64,000 nucleotides of DNA from a virus (lineage: Duplodnaviria > Caudoviricetes). Every line of letters begins with the position of its first letter. The first letter of the stretch is position 1. A program made the position numbers and the translations under genes. The notes beneath the pieces were generated by a model. That model worked only from the letters and a program-made list of their open reading frames with translations, was not told the DNA's origin and ran no database searches. This document shows positions 1 through 10,199 of this stretch, in pieces. The stretch spans positions 14,464 through 78,463 of the IMG/VR virus record IMGVR_UViG_3300028907_000004. One strand, 5' to 3'.

Positions 1-25
1 GTGCGCCCTTAACAGATTCTGCCAT
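1..25 (-). CDS. 5' fragment of next virion gene (MAESVKGA..., truncated by window edge)
   Basis: ATG at 25-23 preceded on minus strand by GGAGGT, just downstream of capsid stop. Confidence 0.5.
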
Positions 26-56
26 ATCAATTACCTCCAGAAAGGGGTCAAAAGGA

Positions 57-983
57 TTACTTCACCACGGCGGCGTTCTTGATGCCCCAGAGACGGGCAG
101 CGGCGCGACCATGGTAACAGGACAGACCAGCGTACCACTCAACACGGGTACGGTAGGCAGGCTTGGCTTCCAGTTCGCCCAGGTCACGGGCGTCGATGCC
201 GCCGTTCTGGATGCCGGTCAACATACCTTCCGCGAAGCTGACACAGTAGATGGAAGTGCCGGTGGCCGTACCGCCGGCAGGGCAGGCTTCGTTGAAGTTC
301 AGAATCTGCATGTCCGTGTTGTCGTTTTCGACGATCAGGATGGGCAGGTCGGCGTAGAAATACACCTGGCGTCCGAACTCGTCCTTGCCGGTGGTGATGA
401 ACCCGCCGACGGTGGTATCACGAGCGGCCTGGGTCAGCAGGCGGCGCATGGTCTTGTTCATGATCAGATGCGTGGGGTTCTGGACCTGGTCAATGAGTTC
501 GTCCAGCTTCATCAGAGACAGCGCATCGCCATTCTGGGTGCTACCTGCGGCGATCAGCTGGTTGCCGGTGATGCGGGCCTGAAGGCCGTCGAACACGCGG
601 GGGTTGGTCGTGGAATCGCCCTTGATGAACTGAAGGGTCCAGTTCAGCGCCAGGGCCTTGACTTTCATGGCTTCCTGAACCGAACGCTGGTCCATACCCA
701 TGGTGTCGATGATGAACTTGTCCACGTCCAGATCGCCGCCAGCGATGGTCAGCGTTTCCGTGATGGGGTTCAGAATGCCGGTGCTTTCGGTGTAGCCTTC
801 GTTGATACCACGGAAGCCGATGCCGGGCAGGGTTTCTTCCCGATTGTACCGCAGGGCGTTGCCGGGGATGCCTTCAAACGGGAGAACTCGCAGAATCTCC
901 GAAGAAGAGGCATACAGTTCGATGATGGCCTGGCGGACCAGATCGTCCGTCTGCTTTGCGGCCTCAATAAGGGTAAGTGCCAT
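57..983 (-). CDS. major capsid protein
   Basis: 308 aa, MALTLIEAAK start, position after scaffold in head module, GGAGG RBS. Confidence 0.85.
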   Translation of the reverse strand: MALTLIEAAKQTDDLVRQAIIELYASSSEILRVLPFEGIPGNALRYNREETLPGIGFRGINEGYTESTGILNPITETLTIAGGDLDVDKFIIDTMGMDQRSVQEAMKVKALALNWTLQFIKGDSTTNPRVFDGLQARITGNQLIAAGSTQNGDALSLMKLDELIDQVQNPTHLIMNKTMRRLLTQAARDTTVGGFITTGKDEFGRQVYFYADLPILIVENDNTDMQILNFNEACPAGGTATGTSIYCVSFAEGMLTGIQNGGIDARDLGELEAKPAYRTRVEWYAGLSCYHGRAAARLWGIKNAAVVK

Positions 984-1016
984 AGTTGTTTTCCTCCTGC
1001 CCGGCTAGGCTTCCAA

Positions 1017-1760
1017 TTAAGCCGACTGCCTGGACATTTTAAGTTTCTCTGTCGGGGACAAGTGAACATCACCGCCCGTCGGGGCCTTGGGCCGCTTCTG
1101 GGGGTTGGGTCCGCCCGTAGAAGGCTCGAAAAGGTGCGGAGCTTCCACCATCAGACCTTCTGCCCATTCCGCCATCGTAATGGGGGCCTTTCCGTCCTTT
1201 CCGAAAATTTTGGAACCGTCAGAACCCAGGGCAACGGGGTTGCCGTTTTCGTCCAGCTTCCATGTGCCTTTTCCGCGTGAAGCAATATCCTGAATGGCCG
1301 ATTTCTTGGGAACTCCCACTTCCATTACCGCAGCAATAAGGCCCTGTTCGATCAGGTGCTTTTCCAGACGGGAGGACAGCGATTTGATCGTGTTCTCTTT
1401 TTCGTCTACGCTTCCCTTCAGAGCCTTGACCTGGGAGTCGAAGTCCATGCGCATCCTTTCGGTACGGCGGGCAACCAGTTCGTCTACCTTGCCCTGATCC
1501 AAAAGGCCCTTGTCCTCCAACTCTTCCATCTTCTTCAACGCTTCCCGCGCCTTTTCCGGGTCCAGGTCTTTGTACTTGTTGTAATCAGATTTCAGGGTTT
1601 TGAGTTCCTCACGAACCGCCGTCAGGCTGTTCTTCAGGCCGGTAACATCTTCGACGCCTTCCGCATCCAGCTTGAAGCCGCCATTACCGTCTTCCACATA
1701 AAACGCACGAGCCGATTCCTGAATCTCATCCAGAGATTTCACAAAAGCCTTCAGAGCCAT
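1017..1760 (-). CDS. capsid scaffolding protein
   Basis: 247 aa charged coiled-coil protein (LDVEGVEDV-GLK-L, DLDPEKAREAL) directly upstream of capsid. Confidence 0.75.
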   Translation of the reverse strand: MALKAFVKSLDEIQESARAFYVEDGNGGFKLDAEGVEDVTGLKNSLTAVREELKTLKSDYNKYKDLDPEKAREALKKMEELEDKGLLDQGKVDELVARRTERMRMDFDSQVKALKGSVDEKENTIKSLSSRLEKHLIEQGLIAAVMEVGVPKKSAIQDIASRGKGTWKLDENGNPVALGSDGSKIFGKDGKAPITMAEWAEGLMVEAPHLFEPSTGGPNPQKRPKAPTGGDVHLSPTEKLKMSRQSA

Positions 1761-1871
1761 AGACCCTCCCGGTCTGCTTGCGGGCCACCAGCCCGACGTT
1801 GCATAAAAATAAAAACAGTCCTGCCATTTCAGCAGTAGTAGCCCTCATAATATAGAAAAAACAAATGATCG

Positions 1872-3011
1872 TCAATCCGAAACACCATACTTTCTTTTCA
1901 ATGCGGCGACAGAAAGCGGCCTCCCCCGCTGGTCAACCAGGTCAGTAAAAGACAAGCCCTTTTCCTTCCAGACGCTCCACCTACGCTGCCCCAATATGTC
2001 TTTCTGGCGGCTTTCCGATAACCTCGCAAACCAGTCCCCATAAGTAGTGGACGCGGGAACTGCTCCGTCCATAGAAGCGCGTTTGCCCCCCTTTACGAAG
2101 TCATCATAAATCGCATCTATCTTGGGGCTGTAGCCTAACTCTTCCCACGACTTTGTAACAGGCACCAAAGTAGAACGGCAGTTCCAATGTGCCGGGGGGC
2201 CACCAAGAAAAGCCTGTGTATGTCCGATAGGCTGACCGTCCAAAGTATATAACTTTCCGTCACGAGCACGACACAATGGAGTGGTGCGATCATCAAGAGT
2301 CGCATGCCACATCATCCCCTTCATTACGTCTTCGTGTCGGCGTATAATTCGCATCCGTACATCTTCGGCTACCGCCTGTACAGACGTTCTAGCCAACGCC
2401 TCTGCCTGGCGTATGGATGTTGAGGACACGCCCCCAGAATAGTATGGCGTAGTTTTCAACTTTCCGTCCGTTCCTCTGTACTGGACGCTTCGGCTAGAAG
2501 ACAGACCACGTACCCGTTCCGTCAGCTGCTTTACCGACTCGCCTTGAAGGTAGCCCATCCGAATTTCCCTGGCAAATCGTTGCTGGAAGGACTGTTTTTG
2601 TCCCTTCCACCATTCCGCAGACGGGGCACCCTCTATGAGTACGTTGGAAGCTGCTGCCACCAGTTGTTCTTCTGTGAGAGATATGGACGGAAAGGCCACG
2701 CCCAGCCCAGCTTTCAAGGCTTTGTTAAAGAAAACCACTTCTGCCCCGGCTACGGACAGCAGGGCCGACGAGTGGCTGGTTTCAAGTGTGGTGTACGTGG
2801 AGGCTACCTGTGCCCGGGCCTGGACAAGCATAGCCTCCATGCGTTTCTTGGTTCTTGCGCCTACCGTTTCCGACGCCAGAGATTCCATAAGGGACTTCTC
2901 CAATTCAAGGAGAAGTCCCGTGATCGTAAGTCTGGAATCTTCGGCTACTCGCATCAAATCTATTGTGTGGGCCACAAAGGCGTCCACCAAATAGAAATTA
3001 ACAGAGGCCAT
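1872..3011 (-). CDS. head morphogenesis protein (SPP1 gp7 / Mu F family)
   Basis: ARTSVQAV...WHATLDDRTTPLCRARDG...PPAHWNCRSTLVP motifs. Confidence 0.9.
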   Translation of the reverse strand: MASVNFYLVDAFVAHTIDLMRVAEDSRLTITGLLLELEKSLMESLASETVGARTKKRMEAMLVQARAQVASTYTTLETSHSSALLSVAGAEVVFFNKALKAGLGVAFPSISLTEEQLVAAASNVLIEGAPSAEWWKGQKQSFQQRFAREIRMGYLQGESVKQLTERVRGLSSSRSVQYRGTDGKLKTTPYYSGGVSSTSIRQAEALARTSVQAVAEDVRMRIIRRHEDVMKGMMWHATLDDRTTPLCRARDGKLYTLDGQPIGHTQAFLGGPPAHWNCRSTLVPVTKSWEELGYSPKIDAIYDDFVKGGKRASMDGAVPASTTYGDWFARLSESRQKDILGQRRWSVWKEKGLSFTDLVDQRGRPLSVAALKRKYGVSD

Positions 3012-3014
3012 GGG

Positions 3015-4406
3015 CTACTCCTCCGGGGTTTCGTCTTCGCCTTCCGGGGTTCCGACCCCGCCGGTGTCCGCATCCGCATTCATATCCAGAGGGAATGGCG
3101 TTCCGTCCAGAATATCCTGTTTTTCCTGTTCGGCGGTCTTCCCTTCTGGAATGAGTTCGCCCCTGGCCAGGTTGTAGAACAACGTATCGAAAGACATCAA
3201 ACCGGACGCCACAAGTTTGTTAAGAGCCACAATCGTATTGGCATCCAGGGTAATGTCTACGAAGTCCATATTCAGCTTGAATTCCAGTTCCTCTTCAAGC
3301 GTGCCGCCCATCCACCAATTAAGGAAGTGAAGTGCCGCTTTCATGGTAGCGTTGTGGGCTACGATCATTTTGGTAAGCACCGAAACTTCGCCAGTGCGCT
3401 TGAGAAGGACGGCCTGTGCAGTTTCTACTCCCGCCCTTGAGGGTTCCAGAAGGCGCGTGCCCATAAGGGCCATTTCGAGCCGAATGTCTTCATACCGCTG
3501 TTTGTTGGGATTCACGCCGTGGCCGTGGGATTCGCAGAAGCCCAAACGAGCTTCCGTGCTGGCGATGCCTACCGCCTTGGACGACCCCAGAACAATCTTG
3601 TCCACTTCGGACTGATCCGCGCCGGTAACATACAGGAAAGGGTTTCCTGTAAAATACAGGGAATTGGCGTAGTCCGCTCCCACACGTAGCAGTTCCGCAT
3701 TCTTTCGAACCAAATCCAGCATCGGCGGTTTTTCCACTTCCGGCTTGCTGTGGGTTACGTTACAGAAAAAGAACGGAATCTGGGTAAGCGGTCGGCCCAG
3801 CTTCTTGAGAACTCTGGAGTCTCCGCCAGACAAAGAAGGGGATTCGTGGATGGTAACTTCCACCACCCCGTTCTCGTTGATTCGCAGTTCCCGATACCGG
3901 GTAACTTCCTTGATTGTGTACCTGTCCTCTTCTACTTCCTCGATTTCCCGAAGAACCACAAGAGTCATGTCATTTTTCCAGTTAATGATGTCTTCTGCGG
4001 GGTACTTGCGAAGGAAGTGCCGCCCGTCTTCCGTCACATCCACGAGAATGCCAAAACGGCCCACCTCAAACTGGTCGTCCAGACACTGCTTACTAAAGGA
4101 CCGAAGGCCGTTGCCCTCATAGTCAATGTCTTCCTGAATTGCCTGGACACGGGGCGGAAGTTCGATAGTTGGCGGCTTTCTGATAATTACGCCAGACAAA
4201 CCTTCTTTGGTAAGTTCCGCGCCATTGAAAAAGAAGGATCGCTGGACATATGCGGAATAGTCCGTATCCTTCGACATCCCAGAAGGTCTGGGAAGGTATT
4301 CGATAGAGTGGTTCTTGACCTGCTCTTCACCTTCAAAAAAATCTCGACACATCGCCCAGGCTTTCTTGCGGCGTTTGTACTGCTTGTGTTCGGTATTGAC
4401 GGGCAT
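3015..4406 (-). CDS. portal protein (DUF4055 type)
   Basis: 463 aa, YLPRP...Y-AY-QRS-FFN N-terminus, located between terminase and gp7-like gene. Confidence 0.85.
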   Translation of the reverse strand: MPVNTEHKQYKRRKKAWAMCRDFFEGEEQVKNHSIEYLPRPSGMSKDTDYSAYVQRSFFFNGAELTKEGLSGVIIRKPPTIELPPRVQAIQEDIDYEGNGLRSFSKQCLDDQFEVGRFGILVDVTEDGRHFLRKYPAEDIINWKNDMTLVVLREIEEVEEDRYTIKEVTRYRELRINENGVVEVTIHESPSLSGGDSRVLKKLGRPLTQIPFFFCNVTHSKPEVEKPPMLDLVRKNAELLRVGADYANSLYFTGNPFLYVTGADQSEVDKIVLGSSKAVGIASTEARLGFCESHGHGVNPNKQRYEDIRLEMALMGTRLLEPSRAGVETAQAVLLKRTGEVSVLTKMIVAHNATMKAALHFLNWWMGGTLEEELEFKLNMDFVDITLDANTIVALNKLVASGLMSFDTLFYNLARGELIPEGKTAEQEKQDILDGTPFPLDMNADADTGGVGTPEGEDETPEE

Positions 4407-4415
4407 GTGTTTCTC

Positions 4416-4634
4416 CTACTTCTTGACCGGACGGGACAGGAGGCCCGCACGCGGGTTGGAATCTTTGGCCACCTTGAGGAACGCCTGCTTTTCCTCCTCC
4501 AGCTTCTTGACCTGTATGTCAATTTTGGACTTCGCCGCGCTCATTCTTTTGGGGTCCGCTTTAATGCGCTCTGCCTCTGCCAGGGTTCTGGCGTCCGATT
4601 CGGCCTGCCAATCTTTTTCGCTAAATGCCGGCAT
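4416..4634 (-). CDS. small head-module hypothetical protein
   Basis: 72 aa ORF tightly packed between terL and portal, with RBS. Confidence 0.7.
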   Translation of the reverse strand: MPAFSEKDWQAESDARTLAEAERIKADPKRMSAAKSKIDIQVKKLEEEKQAFLKVAKDSNPRAGLLSRPVKK

Positions 4635-4643
4635 GGGTTCCTC

Positions 4644-6047
4644 CTAATACCTGTTCAAAATATCAATATCGTAAATAACCCGATTCCTAACAGGAAATTC
4701 CGCTTCTATGTAATAACCAAGAGCGTCCGTCCAGTGGGTGAGCGACGGGTCCGACTTCTTGTCGATTTCCCCCGCGCCCCCCTCCAGAACGCGCACGCCC
4801 TCAAAGTCCTTAACAACATCAGGACACTTATGCGGGTCCACCATCAATCTTATTACGTTTGACTGACTTCGGCAACGACTATTAACGGCATTGACCCTGG
4901 CGCGTTCCGCTGGGTTCGAAGTTCCCACCTTTATGCGTAAGCTGTCCCCGAATTTAGAGTGTAGCATCTGCTTAATGATTTCCCAGTCCGATCCGGTCAC
5001 CTTCGCCGTGCCCTGGGCACCGCCCGTCGCGTCGCCGTAGACATACACCATACCTACATGCGCGCCCCAGTCTTTCAACAGACGCCGAACAACCGCCGGG
5101 GTGTTCGAGTTCCGGGGAATATTGACCTGGCCAATAACGCCGGTGCCAAACACTGGGTGTTTTTGAAGTACCTTGGAGCCTTCCGGAGCACGCCACTCAT
5201 ACTGGCCCGGAAGGTATTGTTCCTGACATACAACCGCCACGCCGGGAGATACGTTGAAGTCAAAACAAAAGATCAACGGTTCCCTGGGATCGTAACGAAG
5301 ATTTTTGGAACAGTTGTAACGATCCTCAAAACAATAGTAGGCGCGGCCCGAAAAGTGAACAAAGTCCGCTTCGTATTCCTGTTGGAACGTCAACGGGTCC
5401 AAGTCCTGCTTGGCCATTTCGATTTCTTCAGGAGGAAGAATGTCCACCGACTTCCAATGAAAACTTTTCCAAATCCCCGTAGTGTCGGCCCTGGCTTTCC
5501 GGTCCATTTCATAATAGTGGTTTCGGCCTTCGGGCACGCCTATGAGCCAACACCACCCCTGTCTATCCGAAAGGGCAGGACGGACGTTTGCCCCCCACGC
5601 CTGCGGCTTCATGTTGGCGTATTCGTCCAGTACGCCGCCGTCCCAGGGAGAGCCTTCTATGCGTTCCGGCTTATCCAGGCCGACTACGTGGATTTCTGCC
5701 CGTTGGCTTTTCCACTTCAGGTATATTTTGAGATCGGATTCCGAAGGCTTCTTTTCCAGCAGCTTCGGAGGGATCATGGCTTTTAGGTCGTTCCAATAAA
5801 TACGCTTGGCCTGATCGCGTACCGGAGCCGCTGCAAAGTAGTAACGCACATCCCATTTAGGGTGTGGCTTCAGAATGCCCTTGAGAGCTTCTTTTACCAC
5901 CTTTCTTTTGGCCAGTTCTGTTTTGCCAGAACGTCTTCCCGCAGGAACCGTAGCAAAGCGGCAGGAAGAGGTCCAGAGGGCCTGCTGTATATGATGAGGA
6001 CGAAGCGGATACATGCGCTTCGTGGGGGCAAAAGGATTATTCGCCAT
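4644..6047 (-). CDS. terL: terminase large subunit
   Basis: Walker A GRRSGKT, Walker B VLDEYA, nuclease motifs FCFDFN and HWTDALGY. Confidence 0.95.
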   Translation of the reverse strand: MANNPFAPTKRMYPLRPHHIQQALWTSSCRFATVPAGRRSGKTELAKRKVVKEALKGILKPHPKWDVRYYFAAAPVRDQAKRIYWNDLKAMIPPKLLEKKPSESDLKIYLKWKSQRAEIHVVGLDKPERIEGSPWDGGVLDEYANMKPQAWGANVRPALSDRQGWCWLIGVPEGRNHYYEMDRKARADTTGIWKSFHWKSVDILPPEEIEMAKQDLDPLTFQQEYEADFVHFSGRAYYCFEDRYNCSKNLRYDPREPLIFCFDFNVSPGVAVVCQEQYLPGQYEWRAPEGSKVLQKHPVFGTGVIGQVNIPRNSNTPAVVRRLLKDWGAHVGMVYVYGDATGGAQGTAKVTGSDWEIIKQMLHSKFGDSLRIKVGTSNPAERARVNAVNSRCRSQSNVIRLMVDPHKCPDVVKDFEGVRVLEGGAGEIDKKSDPSLTHWTDALGYYIEAEFPVRNRVIYDIDILNRY

Positions 6048-6981
6048 TATCGGCCTCTTCCACAGGACTTACATCAATGGGTGGCTGGTAATTCGGTCCC
6101 AGAACAGCCGAATCGTAGGCCTGAAGGGCATCTGTTTCATTTACCTCTTCCGCGTCATCGTAGTCATTATCCATGGTATTGACCTGGGCCGGGTCTACGG
6201 TAGCGGGCGCGTATTGGGTGCGAAGGCGTCTTTCAAGCAGCCACTTTGCGTGTTCCGGGTTGATCTTTCCGGTCTTAAACTCCATGTTTTCTTCAACAAT
6301 TTCGCCCATTACCTTCTTGGTTTTAATGGAAACCATCGGGTCTAGGCCAAAGGCCGCTCTCTGGATAATGTCAAGATACGTCATCTCAAAACGGGTTCGG
6401 GCAATCTCGATTCCCCTGGCCAGGTAGTATTTCAAGCCGGAACCCTTGGCCATTCCTTCCTTTCGCCATTCAAAGATTCGCTTGTAATCTAAACCCAAAT
6501 AGCGACAAATGGAGGCTAGGCTCATTCCTCGTTCCACACCATAGCAGATCGCCTGAATAAGCGGGGGGCTGATCTCTGGATGGGACGCTTTGAGAAATGC
6601 GCCATCCAACATCGGGGGATTCTTCCACAACTCCGGAACTGTAGTGATGACTTTGGGCGTAGGCGTTCCCAGATAGGATTGGATTTCGGCCAAACGATTA
6701 GGCATGTCCCTGGGGAACATTTCGTCTATCCCCACGCCGTTGGCACGGCGATAAATCTCATCCATTTCCTGTTTCTTTTCTGGGTTTCGTACCTTCCGTG
6801 CCTCCTTGATCCGTTTCGTGAAAAGGTCTTTATTTGTTGGACGGCCACGCCGCTTCGTTGATTCCTGGTCGGGCGGCGTGGCCGGGGGCAAGGACCGTTT
6901 GGGCTTCGCTGGCGACTCAAAAGATCGGGAAGGCGTAGAAGTTCGTGATGTCGTCTTTGTGGGCGGTACTGTTCTTGGCAT
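6037..6981 (-). CDS. terminase small subunit (probable)
   Basis: ATG 6981 after GGAGG; HTH-like segment (GMSLASICRYLGLD), AKWLLERR motif; overlaps terL start. Confidence 0.7.
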   Translation of the reverse strand: MPRTVPPTKTTSRTSTPSRSFESPAKPKRSLPPATPPDQESTKRRGRPTNKDLFTKRIKEARKVRNPEKKQEMDEIYRRANGVGIDEMFPRDMPNRLAEIQSYLGTPTPKVITTVPELWKNPPMLDGAFLKASHPEISPPLIQAICYGVERGMSLASICRYLGLDYKRIFEWRKEGMAKGSGLKYYLARGIEIARTRFEMTYLDIIQRAAFGLDPMVSIKTKKVMGEIVEENMEFKTGKINPEHAKWLLERRLRTQYAPATVDPAQVNTMDNDYDDAEEVNETDALQAYDSAVLGPNYQPPIDVSPVEEADNGE

Positions 6982-7098
6982 GGTTATCCTCCGTTTCATT
7001 ATTATAGCGCGATGAAGAACCAAAAGTCTATATGAACAAAAATCCAATAGAAGTTCTCTGCCCTTTGTAGTATATTTCAAACAAGGAGGATTATTGAT

Positions 7099-7545
7099 AT
7101 GACTGTTCGCCGTGTTTTCACTATCCTTAATTTCATCGAAGAGGCAATGAACGAAACCCTTCAACATGCAAGTTCCGCTAATCGGGCGAAGATCGCAAAG
7201 TCGCAGATGAAGGTGATTGCGTGGCTGGAAAAGGCGAGGGCAGCAACTCGTGAATTTCACGGGGATTATCAAGAAATTTTACCCACGCCCTATTTCCCGA
7301 AAGCCCCGAAGACGGAAACAACCATCATCAACGCAGCACTGGCGTTGGCTGAAGATGTTTGGTTCTACATGCGGACGAAAAAGATGATGTGTACAAAGGA
7401 AATGAAGTCTGCGTGGAATCGTATGATTGCCGCCCTCGTTTCCCTGTTTTCCCACTATGACTCGGAGTGGGAAGACTGTGCGGGTCAAGTTACGGGCCTT
7501 GCGTTGGCCCGTAGAGCTTGGAACTCCGCCAGCAGGAGGCCCTGA
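7099..7545 (+). CDS. hypothetical protein
   Basis: 148 aa, AGGAGG RBS, divergent from terminase. Confidence 0.7.
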   Translation: MTVRRVFTILNFIEEAMNETLQHASSANRAKIAKSQMKVIAWLEKARAATREFHGDYQEILPTPYFPKAPKTETTIINAALALAEDVWFYMRTKKMMCTKEMKSAWNRMIAALVSLFSHYDSEWEDCAGQVTGLALARRAWNSASRRP

Positions 7546-7847
7546 TGCGACGTTCTATCAAAATCACGCTTCGCGCTTACGCCGTCTTGTGCGCGTTGTT
7601 CGCCCTTCTGGCCGTTACGTCTTTGTGTAAGGCAGAAACCTTTGAATATAAGGTTACGGGAATCAACCTCAAAACGCAGGAACGTGTAGTGGGGCATATT
7701 ACGGACTCTGCCCAAAACGGTACTGTGTCTGGTATGATTTGGGATAGAATGGGCGTGTATCCCGTTGAAGGGATTTGGGCCGGGAAAGGCCGAATGCGTC
7801 TTTACAGCACATTGTCCTCATTTACCGTGGATGTGGTAGAAGAATGA
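7545..7847 (+). CDS. hypothetical protein with signal peptide
   Basis: MRRSIK + hydrophobic stretch + cleavage-like CKA-E; TGATG coupling. Confidence 0.65.
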   Translation: MRRSIKITLRAYAVLCALFALLAVTSLCKAETFEYKVTGINLKTQERVVGHITDSAQNGTVSGMIWDRMGVYPVEGIWAGKGRMRLYSTLSSFTVDVVEE

Positions 7848-8035
7848 GCTGGGGAGTTTTTGAAATCTACGGTACAGGGGGCATTATTGTAGAAATACAC
7901 ATAATCCCCTGTACCAGAGAAGGGAGAGTGTATAAAGGCCACGATATTTCCTGTTTTTGCGGCTGCTGCCCTACCGTAGACCCCGAAACAGAACCCGGAA
8001 AACCGCCGATTTTCCATCACCACCAACTACATTAG
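7844..8035 (+). CDS. small Cys/His-rich hypothetical protein
   Basis: ATGA overlap; CFCGCC and HHH motifs. Confidence 0.55.
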   Translation: MSWGVFEIYGTGGIIVEIHIIPCTREGRVYKGHDISCFCGCCPTVDPETEPGKPPIFHHHQLH

Positions 8036-8043
8036 AGGCAGCT

Positions 8044-8253
8044 ATGGAATATCTACTTTCCCTGGGGACCGTATATGGGCTTCTATGTTTGTACGCTTTT
8101 TCGATGGAATCCTTGCGGCGTAGAAGTCCTTGGAAATTCATAATCATTTTTTCCCTTATGTTTCCGGTCCTGTTAATCATTTATTCAATATCAGAGCTTC
8201 GACAGTATAAGAGGAGGAGGAGGAATGGGCTTAAACAAAACCAGAACCCCTAG
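8044..8253 (+). CDS. small two-TM membrane protein
   Basis: two hydrophobic segments, GAGG RBS. Confidence 0.55.
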   Translation: MEYLLSLGTVYGLLCLYAFSMESLRRRSPWKFIIIFSLMFPVLLIIYSISELRQYKRRRRNGLKQNQNP

Positions 8254-8428
8254 CGACCCGGCCCCGGATTGGGTGGGTAAGACTTACGGGGCGCGTATCG
8301 TGGACTGTATCATTCAATTGACGTTATTCGAAATCATTAGTGAGGATGAAGCAAAGCGGCTGTTCCTCCGTGTCGATAGATGGAGAGAAGAGGCCGAACA
8401 ACGAGAGGGCAAATCAAATGTTACCTAG
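8225..8428 (+). CDS. hypothetical protein
   Basis: GGAGGAGG RBS, 67 aa. Confidence 0.6.
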   Translation: MGLNKTRTPSDPAPDWVGKTYGARIVDCIIQLTLFEIISEDEAKRLFLRVDRWREEAEQREGKSNVT

Positions 8429-8510
8429 AAACTTTGTAATTGGGCTGATGGTTGCGCTGGTACTCATAGTTGGTGCTGTTTGGTGTAACACATATTTTTG
8501 TATGAACTAG
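8418..8510 (+). CDS. 30-aa membrane peptide
   Basis: MLPRNFVIGLMVALVLIVGAVWCNTYFCMN, GAGG RBS, fills the intergenic gap. Confidence 0.45.
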   Translation: MLPRNFVIGLMVALVLIVGAVWCNTYFCMN

Positions 8511-8518
8511 GGGGCACT

Positions 8519-8779
8519 ATGCAACATACCCCTAATACCTATATGGGGCATAAAATCATCATAGACGAACGGTGTGACGTCTATGATGATGTTCCGATCC
8601 GCACCCATAGGAAAAAACGCCTTCGCAAGAAGTTCCTCAAGAAGTACGGAACGCGAAAAGTGCTGGTAGCTACCGACGCCTATATGACGAAAGGCGGGGC
8701 GATCATTATGAGCCCACATATGTATAACGAGCTTTGCAAATATACTACTTTAGTAAATCCGACAGGAGGGTTATTCTGA
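8519..8779 (+). CDS. hypothetical protein
   Basis: 86 aa, basic central patch, operon packing. Confidence 0.6.
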   Translation: MQHTPNTYMGHKIIIDERCDVYDDVPIRTHRKKRLRKKFLKKYGTRKVLVATDAYMTKGGAIIMSPHMYNELCKYTTLVNPTGGLF

Positions 8780-9066
8780 TGTGGATTATTGATAACGACC
8801 TCATCAACGACGTCAGGGAAGAAGAAACAATCAATCGGGAAGGGGTCCATAGTTCTGATTTTGACCCGATTATGTTTATGGAGATGGAACGGGTTCCGTG
8901 GCGCGTAAAAGATGATGACGGCGAAATCTACTATGAAGGCCGCATGTCAAAAAAGCGTTTGGAAAGCGAAGCCGAACTGGCTTTTGGCCCTCTTGATTTC
9001 GCTATGGCTGATGCCGGGGCCACCACTATGGAATATCTCGAAAACGGGGAATGGGTTCAGTTATGA
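8779..9066 (+). CDS. hypothetical protein
   Basis: GGAGG RBS, TGATG coupling, WRVKDDDGEIYYEGR motif. Confidence 0.65.
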   Translation: MWIIDNDLINDVREEETINREGVHSSDFDPIMFMEMERVPWRVKDDDGEIYYEGRMSKKRLESEAELAFGPLDFAMADAGATTMEYLENGEWVQL

Positions 9067-9347
9067 GCGAAATTGCGAAGTGTCCGTTATGCGGTAAAGA
9101 TGTTAAAAGGTCTATTTGGCGTCCAGAATATGAAGGCTGTGCTGGTAGCGTAGTAGTCACTGTAAAGTGCTGCGGAATGGAAGCATTAACTGTCGAACTT
9201 TGGAACCAGTACGCTGCTGCGATGGATTACGCAAAGAAAACTGCTTACTGGTTCAGCCTCCCTGACAGCATCCCTCATTCAGATGACGCACGCGCAGAAA
9301 AAGCAATGGAGAATGCTGAAACTCGCGTCTTGGAGGTATTCCTATGA
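9063..9347 (+). CDS. CxxC-containing hypothetical protein
   Basis: ATGA overlap, KCPLCGK. Confidence 0.6.
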   Translation: MSEIAKCPLCGKDVKRSIWRPEYEGCAGSVVVTVKCCGMEALTVELWNQYAAAMDYAKKTAYWFSLPDSIPHSDDARAEKAMENAETRVLEVFL

Positions 9348-9604
9348 GCGATAAGAAACAGCCCCCTCTCAAAGTGGTTCCCCTCCATGAATCGAATTAT
9401 CGAGACATAGTGGCTGCTCTTCGGCTTGTAGCCGATCAAATCGAAAGGGGCGAGTTTGGTCAGGTAAATGATTGCGCGATGGTTCTACAGGGGCCGACTT
9501 TCGAAATCTTTCATATGGGTGCCGGTAATGCAGAAACCGCCCATCTACTTTTTGCGTGCGCGCAACGTAAATTTGAATTGGCAGTACTTGATCATTATGA
9601 ATAG
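9344..9604 (+). CDS. hypothetical protein
   Basis: GGAGG RBS, ATGA overlap. Confidence 0.65.
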   Translation: MSDKKQPPLKVVPLHESNYRDIVAALRLVADQIERGEFGQVNDCAMVLQGPTFEIFHMGAGNAETAHLLFACAQRKFELAVLDHYE

Positions 9605-9614
9605 GAACATTGCC

Positions 9615-9785
9615 ATGAGTAAGAACGAACTTCTTGACGATCTTACTTTTGTTGAAGTCTTTGATCCAGTTTACAAGTATCAAAGGAAAATACCGTTGAA
9701 ATGGGAAGTCGGGCAAATTGAAATTCCTGAACCTTCCCCGGAACATAACGGCTATGGCGTGGTAACAGAACACGATCTTGACTAA
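9615..9785 (+). CDS. hypothetical protein
   Basis: AGGA RBS, 56 aa. Confidence 0.5.
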   Translation: MSKNELLDDLTFVEVFDPVYKYQRKIPLKWEVGQIEIPEPSPEHNGYGVVTEHDLD

Positions 9786-9798
9786 AGGAGTATCATTT

Positions 9799-10131
9799 AT
9801 GAATCAGAAACTACAACAGGCCCTCATCCGCCTTCTGGGGCGCAAATTCCTCATCGTAGCCGGTATGCTGGCATCAACGCACTGGCTTATGAACTACAGC
9901 CGTATTGATGCCAATACCTATATGTATGTCATACTGGGAACAGTAGCCGCCTACATCACCGGTAACGTCACCCAGAACATCAAGCTCTCCTCTTCCTCCC
10001 AATCAGAATCTCTTCAAATCAAGAACACCGTTGGCGATGTATCTTCTACAACTACCGTTTCCCTCTCTCCCGACGAAGTAGACGCCATCGTAAGCCAAAT
10101 CAAATACACCCTAGGTAAACGCAATTCCTAA
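9799..10131 (+). CDS. holin-like two-TM membrane protein
   Basis: GRKF + TM + TM ending YITGNV; AAGGAG RBS. Confidence 0.5.
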   Translation: MNQKLQQALIRLLGRKFLIVAGMLASTHWLMNYSRIDANTYMYVILGTVAAYITGNVTQNIKLSSSSQSESLQIKNTVGDVSSTTTVSLSPDEVDAIVSQIKYTLGKRNS

Positions 10132-10158
10132 TCCCCGCCTAGTTTTCCTTCCCCTCCC

Positions 10159-10199
10159 AAGGGTGGCGTATAAAGCAAACATACGCCACCCTTCCTTTT
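10159..10199 (+). terminator. intrinsic terminator
   Basis: 13-bp perfect stem AAGGGTGGCGTAT/ATACGCCACCCTT followed by CCTTTT. Confidence 0.75.
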